This document shows, one piece after another, positions 43,301 through 56,043 of a stretch of 64,000 bases of DNA. Each line of letters begins with the position of its first letter. Positions within the stretch are counted from its first letter, which is position 1. Source of the stretch: Diplonema japonicum (Eukaryota; Protista; Euglenozoa: Diplonemea); assembly GCA_964019335.1 (NCBI GenBank), contig OZ025684.1:62001-126000 (forward strand), given 5' to 3'. A program made the translations under genes and the position numbers. The notes under the pieces are model-generated. The model had not been told where the DNA came from. It saw only the letters and a list, made by a program, of their open reading frames with translations, and did no database searches.

Positions 43301-45337
43301 TCACAGAGCGACCGAACGCCACATGGCCTCCTGCAGCTTACCCTTGCGGTTTGTGAAGAAGATGTAAAGTTCAGTACAAATGTCGAGCGAAGACCTGAAA
43401 AGGAGAAGCACACCGGCACATGTGAACAAATGACCCGAGGTGTCAAAATACCACCGTGTGTCGCCACGGTACACATAACTATACCCCATTAGAATACAGG
43501 AAGCGCCCTGCAAGCCTAGTGTTGTGAGGTCTAGTGCGTTGTTGCACGGTCTGCAGTGTGGCCAAACGACGCTTTCCAGCACAAAGAGTGCGGCAAAGAT
43601 GCTAGCTATAGCTAGTTTCACATACCCGCAGCCTTCAGAAGTGTCGGGCTGAAGTGCTGCGACGCATGCTACACATAGTGATGCGCACAGCTCGATCACT
43701 CCATACCATGGTACCTCATCCCTGTACGCCCGCATCACAGATCCAAATCTGTTCACCCAGTGGCACTTGGGACCAACACTTACCCATTCGCCGCTGCCGA
43801 GCGCTACTAAGCGCATGCCCCTTGTGTTGCGGTCCCTTGCGTACACCGCCATCCCCGAGATCCCATAGGCCGTCGCCTTCAAAATGTACAGCGGTGCCGC
43901 CACGCTTATTACGACAGCTACCACACCCAGCACAGCGTCTAGAGCATCGCGTGGGTACATCACCAGTTCTATCCCTGCGAAGGCCGTCCCAAGATGAAGC
44001 CATTGACATATAAACAAACCTGTCGATGGGTAGCGCAGCCAGCCTTGCGTGTCGACAAACTGCATGGCCCTCCCACGGCACACGCCGAGCACCATCCGCA
44101 TGATCAACATGAACCCTGCAATGATGGTGAGGTTGCCCACGACAGCGCCTGTTGCTTGCCGGCCACGCAGGTCGAAGCCGAGCGGATGAAGGGGAAAAGG
44201 CATGTCGCTGTCTTCCCCGTTTCTGCAAGGCCCCGCAATCAAGACCAATCTTGTCGCTGCAGAGGCACCTCCCGCCACCCCGCTGGCGGCTGCCACAAAT
44301 GTCACTGCTCCGCCTATCGTGTTCACACGCTCTATCGTGTCCTTGCTTACGGGGTCTGGGATTTGAGGTAACTCAGCAGAGACCGACTGGGCCGGGCTGT
44401 GTGGGGTTGTTTCATTCAAGGCGGGTTCCTGAGGAACATCATCGGCAGCTTCAGACGAGTCGTTCGAAGAAAGGTCCGCAGGCATCAGCGTCAACGGCGT
44501 CGGGGTCAACGGGGCTGAAGTGAACGGCGATGGCGTGATCGGGGCAAACGTGTGAGGTGATGGCGTGACAGGAGCAGGTGTAGACGGCGCTGCCGTATCA
44601 GGAGCCACCGTAGCGGGGTGCGTCGTGTCGGGTGCTACAGTATCAGGTGCATCCGTGAGCGGAGCTATGGTAGAAGGTGCAGGCGTTGCTGGTGCCAGCG
44701 TATCCGGCGCGGAAGTAAGAGGGGCTGGGGTATCGGGAGCAGGTGTAGAGTCAGGGGTGAAAAACACCTTTCGATACAAACCGTAATTAAGCTCACGTAG
44801 ACCATTTGTACCACCACTCCTTCTGAACCCCGTGACGAAGGTGTCGGTGGGCACGTCACACCAAGTCCAGAAAGGATCAAAGCACAAGATCCAATCAGCC
44901 ACATTGTTCTGCGGACTGACAGTGACGACACCGTTAGGCCGATCGAACTCACAACACTCCATTCTGTCTAAACATGATAGATTCTCGCAGTTAGCCCTGT
45001 AAAGACCGGTCACGAAGGACCCAGCAGGGCACGCCACCTGACTGCTTCCAATGATGTTGAACGGGGCATCTATGTTGACTGATTGGCACTTGCTCACCCC
45101 TGTCGTCATCGCTGGCTTTGCACAGTGGAACATTTCCAGGCAGTATAAACTTTCACAACTGCTTTTGTAGAGCCCCGTAAGTGCCTTCCCTGGGTTGCAT
45201 TTGCACCACCCAGCGTAGTTGAAGCAGTTGTAGTGATCGACAGAATTGGGGAATGTGTCATAGCCAATTTCAAAGGTGATCCCTGAGCAACATATCGGGA
45301 TCAAAGCCATCAGCCATGGCCTGATGCATGTTGACAT
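43301..45337 (-). CDS. Multi-pass membrane protein: Cys-rich ectodomain repeats, P/T/A stalk, ~7-TM C-terminus
   Basis: ATG 45337 after a T-tract/CAG; repeated CxxGxxxTGLY motifs; TxAP repeats; multiple hydrophobic helices. Confidence 0.85.
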   Translation of the reverse strand: MSTCIRPWLMALIPICCSGITFEIGYDTFPNSVDHYNCFNYAGWCKCNPGKALTGLYKSSCESLYCLEMFHCAKPAMTTGVSKCQSVNIDAPFNIIGSSQVACPAGSFVTGLYRANCENLSCLDRMECCEFDRPNGVVTVSPQNNVADWILCFDPFWTWCDVPTDTFVTGFRRSGGTNGLRELNYGLYRKVFFTPDSTPAPDTPAPLTSAPDTLAPATPAPSTIAPLTDAPDTVAPDTTHPATVAPDTAAPSTPAPVTPSPHTFAPITPSPFTSAPLTPTPLTLMPADLSSNDSSEAADDVPQEPALNETTPHSPAQSVSAELPQIPDPVSKDTIERVNTIGGAVTFVAAASGVAGGASAATRLVLIAGPCRNGEDSDMPFPLHPLGFDLRGRQATGAVVGNLTIIAGFMLIMRMVLGVCRGRAMQFVDTQGWLRYPSTGLFICQWLHLGTAFAGIELVMYPRDALDAVLGVVAVVISVAAPLYILKATAYGISGMAVYARDRNTRGMRLVALGSGEWVSVGPKCHWVNRFGSVMRAYRDEVPWYGVIELCASLCVACVAALQPDTSEGCGYVKLAIASIFAALFVLESVVWPHCRPCNNALDLTTLGLQGASCILMGYSYVYRGDTRWYFDTSGHLFTCAGVLLLFRSSLDICTELYIFFTNRKGKLQEAMWRSVAL

Positions 45338-46058
45338 GCCTGGAAAAAAAGAAAGGTGTTTAAAAGTCATCAGAGTTTTAAAAAAAAACTGCAGGGAAGC
45401 AGGGAGGGTCACTGAAAGGATGGGGGGAGTGGTGCAAGATTCTAAATTACGTCGCAAAAAATAGGTGTCTCACTCTTTTGTTTTCTTTTTTTTCATTAAT
45501 CTAATTGAGAGAAATATTCCTAGAGGCCAAAAGAGTTCTTTCCCCCATCGTCTCGTAGATATAAAACTGCAAAAGTAAGATATGCTGTCACGCCACAGCC
45601 GCAGCACTGTTTCGTGGCAGGATGATAGGGGTGTCCCTGGAGCCCTGTCGAAGAAAGTTAGTCTCTTAAAATATCTTCCCCCAAATAAATAGAAAGATGT
45701 AGTGGAACGTCAAAAGCTCGTGACCGTAATAAAAAGAAAAAAAAAAAAAAAGAGGGTTAAAACTGAAGGTTAGGTACTCGGCTTTACGTTAGCATTATTC
45801 GACCCTGCCACTTGATTCACCCCTTGCCTGGATATCTTTCCACCAACACTTAATTCCTTTTTTTACTTCTACAAAAAAAAAAAAAACAAAAAAAAAAACA
45901 AAACAAAAAAAAAAAACTAATGACTTTTTTATCTCGCTTCCTCTCGCCTTCTTTTTTTTCTTTTTTTTTTTCTTCTTTTCTTCTTTCCCTTCTCTCTTCA
46001 TCACACGGGGTGTGTTGTGGTTTTCAAGATTCTCAGAGGAACCTTCTTCGTCCCAATC

Positions 46059-49000
46059 TCAACAAAATGCTGATGGGTTTCTGCTAGTAGTTCTTTTACT
46101 ACCATACCTTTTTGTTGTAAGCTTCTTGTACTTATAAAAATAATCCAGAGTAGTATAATGAAAGTCGGGGGGCTGCACCGCTCCGGCCCGAACCTTAAAA
46201 AACTTGATTAACATTGTCTCCTCTGGATTAGACGCCCCGTTCTGCTGAGTCACAGATTCAGCAGGAGGGATATACTCATGCTCAACACCAAACGGGAGGA
46301 TGGTGGCATAGATAAGAGGGACTATACAGTGGTGAGCAGCATAGGAAGGGTTGCCTCTTGGAGCATCAGGGTACAGCTGCATGAACGCTTCGAAGTAATC
46401 AACATCAGAAACAAACTGCTGCTGATCAAGGGCAGTGCACCCGAAGCTGTCTGTTATGGAGCAATCTGCACCTTGCCTCTTAAGCATTCGAAGCACATCA
46501 TCGTCATTGGCATAGAAAAGAGCTGTTCTACCCAGCTTGTCCTTGGCGTCCGCGTCTGAACCGGCTTGCAGAAGAACTTTAACGTCGTCACCATTATTGT
46601 TGATGCAAGCGTGGTGCAGCAGTGTTTTGCCATCGTTATCAGTATCCTTTACACTTACCTTGTCCATTACCCATGGCAGGCCTGTTTCGCCAGTTCGTAC
46701 TTTGTACGCTAGGAATCTATCTTCTTTTGAGACATCCTTTGGGACTTTGTCTTTGGTTTGAGGATCCTTCGGGTCGAGCTTCATCCATGCCGCCACTCCC
46801 ATGTTGTTTCGTGCCGACCACAGGTCTTTGTTTGATAGGATTCGGCGGCTCTGTATCCCCCAGTTCAAATGCACGATGTTGTTCCCTTCATTGTCCACAA
46901 TGCTCAGGTCGAGCTTTGAGCTGAACGGCTCCTCGAGAAACTCCACCAAGTCCACCGCGTGCATCGTCACCGTCTTCCCTCCCTTGTCCTGCATCCTTAA
47001 ATCAGCTTCGGTGACCCTTGCGGAAACGCTTTTGGGCAACGGGGTTATCTCAGAAGCTATGTGCATCAACAAGGTCTTACCTTGCTTGTCAGCGGCAGAC
47101 AGATCTGTGTGGTTTTTTTCTTAAAAAAAAGTAATTTTTATGTATACCTATTTTCGGGTCACTGAAATCGATGTGGTTTTCATGGTTTCCGTTCAGCAGG
47201 AGGTGCATCAGGATGGACTTCCCAGTATCAGGGCAGACTTCGTGAAGGTGTTCCTTGATGCCAGGGATCCATTTTGCGTTGGGAAGCGCCACGTACCTCA
47301 TCAACGGGGTGAGCCCGTTGTTGTCTGTCACCTTGCTGTCGAGAAGCACCCTCTCGACAGCGGGTGAGGGACGCGGACGCCACGGTCCTATCAGATGGTA
47401 GGCTGTTTCCCCTTTGTTGTTTCTGGTGGTTTCAAGTTCATATGCTGCAGCCTTCTTCCCACTGAAGCGTGTCTCCCACTCAGCACACGGATACCTTTGC
47501 ATGAAGAACATGGCCACAGTGTTCCCATCTGCGTCGGCTGCACGGAGATCAGGCTCGTACTGCGCGATGAACTCGTCTATCATTTCCAAGAGCACGCTGC
47601 GCCTCAGGAAGTGCATCAACACCGTCATGCCATGTTTGTCCTTGTGGTGCGGGTCAAGTCCCATTTCGTCCACAAGGTAGTGCACCATTGGCATGTCCAT
47701 TGCCCATGTCAGCAAAGACATCCCGAGCTCATTGGTAACCTTTGGGTCAGCCCCTGCTTTGATCAGCTCCTTCAGCACCTCGAGACTCCTTGCGTAGAAC
47801 ACAGGTGTGTTGCCAAACACGTCTCTTGCATTCCATTCGATGTCCTTCCGCAGCTTCTTTGCGAGCTTGACGTAGTGCCCTCTGCCATGTGCACGCATGA
47901 CGTGGCTGTGCAGCGGTGTCATCCCCTTCCAGTCGGGGGTGTTCGGGTCCACCTCCTTTAACGAGAGGAAGAAACGTGTGATCGACTCGCCACATGAACT
48001 GTGAAGAGCCGTTACTTTGTTCGCACGTGCTAGGTTCGGGTTGCCTCCGTGCTCCATGAGGCATTGGAGGTACCTCGAATTCTCGATGTAGCTGGAGGCC
48101 TCTGTTGTAACATTCGATGCTGCGAAGGGGACTGGGCTCACCATGTTCGGGCTGATTCCCATTTTGATCAGCTCTCCAAGAAGCTGGAGTCTGCGTTCGA
48201 TGTCGTCGTCGTCTGCGGAGCCTGCGTCAACGAGCGCAGCAAGCAAGCTGCGCCCCTCCCTATCGAAGGTGGCGGTGTTGATGTCGTCGAAGTTGTCACG
48301 CACGAACTCGTACCACACTGTGTCGCACGGCCATTCTTGCACGTTGAGGGTGACGGGCTTCTCGCTTGCAGGGAGCTTCTTCAACAGTTGCCTCACGACA
48401 GGGTAGTTAGCCTGCGTGATTGCGTCGTCTAAAGCCGTCTCGCACGTCCACGACTTGTGCATGATCGAAATCCCCTTCGAGATCAGGTAGTCGACCGCTC
48501 TGTTCTCGGGACCAAGTGGGTCTTCGTCATAGTCCGATCGCGCGATTGCGTGAAGAGCTGTCTCTTGGTCTTCATCTGCCATGTTGACATCCACACCCGC
48601 CTCTTCTATGAGGAAGGCCAGAGACTCAAGGTCCTGTGCTCGTGCTGCAGCGTGGTAGACGTGGACGTTGCACACATCGGCACCCATCGAGATCAAGGTT
48701 CTGAGGAAGTCGGGTGAGATTAACTCGTTGCTGGCGAACGCTTCCACCGCAGCTTGGCAAGGAACGGCGCCTTGCTGCAGGAGGTAATCTACCATTGATC
48801 GGTTGGTGATGTTGCAGCTCAGGATGTTTTCGCCATCTTCATTGACATCCTTGATGTCCGCACCGAGGGACACGATGTACTGCACAGTCTGCACATCCGC
48901 ACCAGACTCAATGACCATCCGGAGGACAGTGTTGGACTCGGTCTTCTTCTTGAAGTTGACATTTGCCTTTTTAAGAAGCACGGGCATCAGCTTTCTGTAC

Positions 49001-49815
49001 TCCTTTCGTTTCGCATCGCTAGTTTGATAGTACGAGGCTTTGTGGTTGTAGTGGGACAGAATATCGGGACAGAGCTGGTTGGGAAGGGATAAGAGGTAGA
49101 GGCACGATTTTACGTATCCAGCACGCAAAGCCTCGCTGACGGAGGTCGTGTAGTCTTCTTCGCAAGGATCCTGCGTGGAAAAGAGGTATTTCAAGATATC
49201 GAGGCGGCCTAGCGACGCGGCAAGGGCGAAAGAAGGAAGCGACACATCTTCGTCGCCGGCTTCTTCGGCTTCAGACATCCCATCGTACTCTGAACAACAG
49301 TCGGTGGCTACGGAAGGATCGACCCCCGCGACAATCAGTGTTTTCACGAGGTCGAGGTCGTTCTTCTTGATGGCTGTGAACAAGGTTACATTGCTCATCT
49401 CCAACTTGTATCTGTTTTTCAGAGCGTCGCGGGCTAGGAACTTCGGTGAGAACCCTATATCGATGGTGGATTCTGGTTCCAAGCCAATTTCTGATACTGA
49501 CTCGTCTAGGTCTTTTAAAACCCGGCCTTTGTACATGAGAAAGTGTTTGCCTCCATTGAGCTCGCTCCATGCTTTTTTTACCCTTCCCCTTAGTGTTCTG
49601 AGGGTGTCCTCTGCGTCGATTATTATTGGCATGCTTTCCCCGTCTGGAAGACAGGCAAAGCATTGCATCCCGCACTCCGGTTCATCGCTGCAGCTATCTA
49701 TCGACATTTCAATGCTCTCCGCACTACGTTTTCTCTTGTCTCCTGCTCGAAACGATGAAATAGACCCTTCAGATGAGCTCGAGGTATCGCTGCATGAACT
49801 GGCTCTGCGTTGCAT
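46059..49815 (-). CDS. Ubiquitin-like + long ankyrin-repeat protein (~1237 aa); 43-bp intron 47147-47105
   Basis: Removing GTATAC...CACAG joins DPKI-D-LSAADKQGKTLLMH in frame; many TPLH/TALH ankyrin motifs. Confidence 0.9.
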
Positions 49816-51281
49816 TTTCTTTTTTTTGTTTTGTTTTTGTTTTATATAATTCTTATCCTGTTTCTTTTTTTCTTCTGTTGAGTTTTCTTTTTTTAGCGAA
49901 TGGGGGGGGGGGGCAAAAGGAAGGGCAAGTTGAGCTTATAAAAAAAAGAAGAAAATTATATATAAAAAAGAAAAGACTTATATAGAAAAAGGAAGCAATC
50001 CTCCTCCTCCCCCCCCCCCCCGGTATGTAATATAAATTAACTAGGGAGAAGAAGAGAAAAAAATAAAAAAGAGAAGGGGGGGGGGGGCAATGAAAACAAC
50101 CCCTTTCTCTTTTGTGTAAGGAAAAAAAAAAAGAGGGTAGGTACAAACAACGGCCTGTTCCTCTTTTTTTCTTTAAGAAATTCTTGTTCTTTCTTTTTTT
50201 TTTTTGTTTTTTTTTAAAATTCCCCCCAAAAAAAGATTATATTAAAAATTAGCATTCTTTCTTTCTTTTAATCTCACGAACAATATGCAAAGGGGTGGGG
50301 TATCCTCCTACAACCAGAACAAAGGTTTTTGTTTTTTGTTTTTGTTTTTGTTTTCTTTCAATGCGTTTTATAACCTTTTTCTTTCTAGCCGTTGAACCCT
50401 TGTGGCATACTTCTTCTCCGACTCAGCGGGTGTGGCTTCCCTTCTGCACTGAAAGATGTGCGGCTGTGGGGCTAATAAAAGAAAGTCAGAAAGCGGCAAA
50501 GGAGCCACTTGCCCCCGTAAAAAAAAATATGATTTGAGTTGAAATAGCTTGCTACAATTGCTTTGTTGAAGGAGAAAGGAGTGTGCCGTTCCCTTTTTCT
50601 TTTTTTTTCTCTTTTTTTCCGCTCCTTTTTTTGTTGTTATTGTGAAAACATTTTCTTTGAATGCAGCTTGTCAACCTGGGAGAGAGAGGGTTGTTTCTGC
50701 CAATTTGAAATAATGTTGGGAAATACATAAATAAATACATGGAGAGGACAAATTTGCGAGAACAAGGGGAAGAACGGGAAAAGGGATGGAAAAAAAATGG
50801 AAAAGAAAAAGAATTCTTTATGACGTTTTGTCTTTTGTTGTGTTCGCACGAGCTAAGGAATCTGCTCGGCACAAGGTGCATAAAGTAAAATAAGAATTAT
50901 TTTTGAAAAAAAAGATAAAATGTAAAAAGAAACTGTTTGAGGCCACGTCGAGTAGCCAAATGCCTCATCTTCTAATATAACTTAAAGACGCATGAATGGA
51001 CCAATGAGATTCCTTCTGTCTACCTACTATCTGGCGAAACAGCAGTCAAGGGGAAAGAATACCGTTCTTTTGGCATCAAAGGTGTTAAAATGGCATTTTC
51101 TTGCTGGGTATATTCGTTTCTTATCTTTTTGAGAAAAAAAAAACCCCCCCACCAAGTATAGAAAGAGGATCCGTACCACAAATAGATTTTCTTTTATTCT
51201 TTCTTTTTTTTTTTTTTTTTTTTGCTGCGGCAAAAGACCTGGAAAAAAAAAGAGGGGAAGAAGAAAAAAAAAAACATGAGT

Positions 51282-51312
<31 letters not shown>

Positions 51313-51938
51313 ATTGGCCGTTGTTTGTACGTGGCGGGGCAAGCTTCATAACCGCAAACGTTGGACCAGGTCACCCCAGTCGAAATCCTGTAGAAAAAAG
51401 AAAGCTTGTTGTCATTAAATTAAACCCGTAATCACGAGAAGTAAAAGACTCGTTCTTGCAAAATTAAGAGCCGCACCTAGCATTTTTGTGGGTTCTTTTG
51501 CCCTTCCAAGAAGTGAGGAGCAGTACCCTTGTTAAATACAAAAAAATTCGATCTATTTTTGCGGTGCGCTGGTTGGTGCCCACCGTGGATTGGGGATCCT
51601 ACAAAAAAAGAAAGTGGCCAATGTCTAATTTTTAGGATCCTTGTTTTGGGATTGAAACTAATTATTTTCTTGGTTTTCTGTGTGAGGCTGAAGAGGTGGT
51701 AGAAGGAGGGACATTTCTGTGAAAGGGTTGCAAAGAAGAGGAAAGAAAAGGGAAAACAAAACATAGAAAAAAAAAGGTGTTTTTGAAGGGAAGATAATGC
51801 AGCGGGAATCCCCCCCGATCCTTCCATTTTTCTTTTTTTTGAGGCTTTTCTTTTCATTCTTCTTCCTTTTTCTTTTTTCGTTCTTTCCGAAGGAATCCCC
51901 CTCAACAGGCTGCAATATAAAAAAGAAACTATATATAT

Positions 51939-53507
51939 TGTCACCTCTCCGCTATTTGTCACAAAGTACTGCCCGCAAATTTCATATTTCTTTAAGTGTA
52001 AAAATCAAAAGCCGTGCCTGGGTTTGCTCCAGAAGTGGAATAAAATTTTGAATAAGAAAATCATGGCTAGGTGCTGTCATTTTTTTTACTTTCTTTAAAC
52101 CCAGCGAAAATTAAGCAGGATTTACACTACTTTTCCCTTTTAATTCCATGTCAAAGTTGTGCAAACTGTGTTCATACGCCACGAGAACTGGTACCTTGTT
52201 ATCCAGCTTCCTTCAGGCCATGCAGTCGAAGCTGTTGGGGTCACACACTGTGAAGTCGTGAAGCCCTTCAAGGGTAGTGACTTCAGAGCAGTCAGTGCAG
52301 CCGATACGGCGCATAGCGGCGTTGTGGGCTTCTAAGAAGTATCGGGTTTGGGTGTGGGTCTTGCATCAGCACCTCGGTGTCTGTGGGAACTGGCAAGGTC
52401 CCTGGGACCTGGGGGACCTGGGTACCAAAAGATTTTCTGGAGACCCACACACACTTGGCACCCCAAAAAACAGACTTTATTTTTTTTTTTTTCTGGGGCC
52501 ACCTGGCTGGTGTCCCAGTAGGCCCAAGGCTGATTTTGACATTTTTTGGAATTTTTCCATTGGGAAATTTGGCCTGATTTGTCTCGGGCGTTTCTTCAGG
52601 TGGAGTAGCCAACTACATCAGCACCCGAGCCCAGGTACTGTACGTGGAACTCATGAAAAGTGCCTTGGACGTAACGCAGCCCAATGCGTTGATCACTCAC
52701 GGGAGAAACACGAATTGTTCTGCGGCTTTGATGCAGAATCGATTCATTTTGCCACCAAGTCACAATAGTGCAGGCTATGCCTGTCGACAATGCATCAGAA
52801 CGCGTTTTCCCTGCAGGGGACTCTCGTGTTCTGTAACACAAACGCGTGTCGCTGTTGTCCAAGGAAAAGAACTTGATGATGTCCTTCGGGTCGACATCCT
52901 TGTCCAAGAAGGGCTGTTCTGAACCACCGTTTCTCCCACCGAATTCATCCGGCTCTTTGCAGTAGATGCCGAAAAGCCGCTGCAAGAGTCCCAACAGCAC
53001 CCCACAAGTACCTCATGGTGTTTGCTGGGCCAAAAGAGCACTCTGAAGCACTTAGAAGTGTCGCTGTGTAGAAATCTGATTTTATTGCCTGAATCAGGAG
53101 GGCCAAAAACGGGCCAAAAAACGCACACATATTGGCTCACTAGTGCCCACCGAAGATCGTACAGAGACAAAAGCACCTTCCAGTGGGACCCCTCTTTGGC
53201 TGCAGATTGTCAATAAAACTTTGAATAAGAGATCTATGGTTAAATGCTGCGCGTTTCTGGGTGAATAAATCGGGATTTGTTGCATTTCCCGTTTTCGCGA
53301 CAGCCGAATTTCGGTTCATTTTTATGTTTCATCCCTCCACATTGTATTTTTTCTCAAAAGCAAGCCCTTTAACGGAGTTTTCGGGACTATTTACACGTTT
53401 CTTTCATACTTCCTGTGGTTGCATGCTGCCCCTTTTTTGTGAAAATTTAAAAAAGCGTTTTTTCGCATTTTTCGAAAAAAGCATTGACAAATAGCGGAGA
53501 GGTGACC
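51939..53507. mobile_element. 1.57-kb TIR DNA transposon derivative with ATAT target duplication (Sola-like?)
   Basis: Perfect 22-bp TIR GTCACCTCTCCGCTATTTGTCA (51940-61 / 53485-506); ATAT on both flanks; decayed coding-like interior. Confidence 0.85.
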
Positions 53508-53552
53508 ATATAAATAAAAAAAAAAGGGGGAGGGAAGTGTAAAAAGATTAGC

Positions 53553-54247
53553 TACTGTAAATCTCACCTGCTCTTCCCCTCCTCATGCTCTTGGATTCTT
53601 TTTCTTTTTTTTTATTTCACTCTTCTGAAATTACTTCATGCACTAGGGGGCCCATTACTTCACGCTAAATCTCATTACTTCACGGTGAAATAATGGCCTG
53701 TTTTCCGTGAAGTACTAGGGGTTTCCGGTAAATAATATGCCCCGGTAGGCCAATTTTTGGCTCGGTTCAGTTCCCAGTGGGGCTACTTTTGCTATTTCCC
53801 CCCAGGTTCAGCTCAATTGGCCAACTTTTTCCTCGGCTCAGTTCCAAGTTGGACTACTTTTTCCTCCCAAATTTGCCCGCTTTTGGCTAGGCCTAGTTTC
53901 AACTTTTCTATTTAGTCAGCTTACCAAGCTCCCCAAAAGACTTCAAAATACCGAAGCAGCAGAAAAAAAGGAGATGGTGACAGTGGCAATGCCAGCGACA
54001 GCGGCAGCTCTTAGTCAACAAAAGGAGAGAAAGCAACTTGTATTGTAACCTTTGTAACGCCTCTCTTGTTGTACCCCTTGTCACCCTGTTGTGCCCCTCG
54101 TGGTGAAGTAATTTCAGAGTGTCGTGAAATAAAACCACTTACCTACCGCCAAGTAATGCTTTACCGACCTCTCGAGGTAACGGTTAAGTCATTACTTGTT
54201 GGCAGTAAATAGCTATTTCTTTTTTTTTTTTTTTTTTTTTTACAGTA
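53553..54247. mobile_element. Decayed MITE with ATTACTTCAC subterminal repeats (CACTA/EnSpm-like ends)
   Basis: TACTGTAAA / TTTACAGTA ends; inverted match of 53611-38 with 54104-33; related fragment at 57150-57250. Confidence 0.5.
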
Positions 54248-54275
54248 TTTATAGTTCACAGCGAATCGGAGTGGG

Positions 54276-54309
<34 letters not shown>

Positions 54310-55085
54310 AATTCTTGATGTCTTTGTTGTTAAGTTTTATTTTTGCTCGGCACAAGTTGCATGAAGTTATAAAATGATCTTTCTTTTTTTTGAAAAAGAT
54401 AAATAACAAAGGAAATGGGTAGTCATGTTAATGTTTTACTCTCAATTCTGCCTTTCACTCCCCTTGCCTGCTTTGTTCCGTCGCTTTAGGTCTAAACTTC
54501 CCCCCTTACCGCGACTAGAATTCTGATGACAGAAACGAGCAGAAAGAAGAAGTAGAAGTCGCACTGGGTGTTACCAGTGGATAAAAGAATGGAAAAAAAA
54601 AAGAGAGAATTTGCGCTCGGATTTCCTACAGCTGTAAGGCACTTGACAATCCGGTTAGGTTCTAAGGGGAGTGTTCACCGTGAAAAATAAACCACCGGGC
54701 CACGGGGGCCCTAGGTCCACTTGAAAAACTTCTACCTTTTAAACAAAAAAAAGGGGGGGGCGAATTTTATCATTTTTCTTCGTCCCCCCCCCCCCCCCGT
54801 TTTTCTTCTCAGATGAAAAGCAAAGATGGGATTACTATTAAAGCAGGCTCTCCCGGGTACTCCAGGAGGCATCAGTAACTCCCTTTTCTTTTCTTTCCCG
54901 AAAAGTCAAAAATTTGGTAACACAAGTTGTATCATCATTTATTTTAACCATATTTCATAGTGCCCAACAGGTAACCGATCACCCACGGGTTTTTAAATGC
55001 AATCGGGTTTTAAATTGACGTCAATTGAAAGGCGAACATGCAACCAAAAAGTGAAAAAAAAAGAATGGGGCTTTGATTGCACGAA

Positions 55086-55250
55086 GGGTAACCAAGATTC
55101 TGCGCTCATGCAGTTTGCTGCCTGTTTGTCACCCTGAGCATCTGCGTTACGTTCTTCCACTCGGGCGCTACCGGTGATGACCGACGAGGAGGTCAACAGC
55201 GAACAACACATCTGATGTTCTTCTTATATTTCCATGTTACCCCCACCACC
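55086..55250 (-). mobile_element. SINE-like retroposon copy 3 (3'-truncated)
   Basis: Homologous to the 5' half of copies 1 and 2. Confidence 0.9.
55117..55250 (-). ncRNA. HDV-like ribozyme (apparently intact)
   Basis: Same P1/P2/P3 as copy 1; L3 UCCUCGUC; P4 GCCCGAG/CUC(A)GGGU; J4/2 GACAAA keeps C-N-A-A. Confidence 0.8.
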
Positions 55251-56043
55251 TTAAAAAAGCTCGGGTCGGGTTTCAAAAACCCAGTGATTGGTTGTGAACT
55301 GTTTTCTTTTTTGTTTTTACTTTCCGTTTTTTTCATTTTGTTATTTCTTCCCCCCCCCCCCCCCATTAACCAAGGCTATTGACAACAGTGTGCTCTGCTA
55401 TGGAACAAAAAAAATGTGTGAAAAATAAGAAAAGAAAATGTCGCACATAAAATGTGGACTTTTGCTTCGCAAGGTTTTTTTCTTTTCGTTCCCCCCCCCA
55501 CAGTATTTGTGAAAAAAGAAACTTAGAAGAGAAATAAGAGAGTGCCAAAAAAAAAAAAAAAAAAAAACACCAGATTGAACTGGTCATGAGCAAGATAGTC
55601 TCCCACGGGAACATAATGTGTCAGTTTTCGACCCTTTTTCATTACACCCCCCCCCCCTTTTTTTTTACATCTTTTCATTCATATCCTCCTCAGTTGAACC
55701 CTCTCCGTCGCATTATCATTTTTTATGAAAGGAGGCGTTGCAAAAGCACGAAAGTAGAATTGAGAAGCGGGGATGGCATATCCATTTCCATCAAATCCTC
55801 GGTTTCTTTCTTTTTTTTTCTTTTCTTCTTTTTTTTCTTTACACCCCCCTTTCGTTATTATATCTTCACTCACATAATTACCCAATTTGGAAAATGTTCG
55901 AAGGAATGCTATTTCTTTTTAGCAATGAGTGACTAAAATGGCGAAAGGGCGTTTTTCAGACTTGGAAACGGAATCATTTAATCGTTGGTTCACCAACTTT
56001 TCCGCTTCGTGTTATTGGATAGCCATAAAAAAAAAATATAGAT

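Noticed and set aside
55977-55990. Spliced-leader-like AACCAACGATTAAA on minus strand
   Set aside because: Only ~11-14 nt resemble the recalled diplonemid SL 5' end; the CAGTTTCTGTACTTTATTG core is absent.
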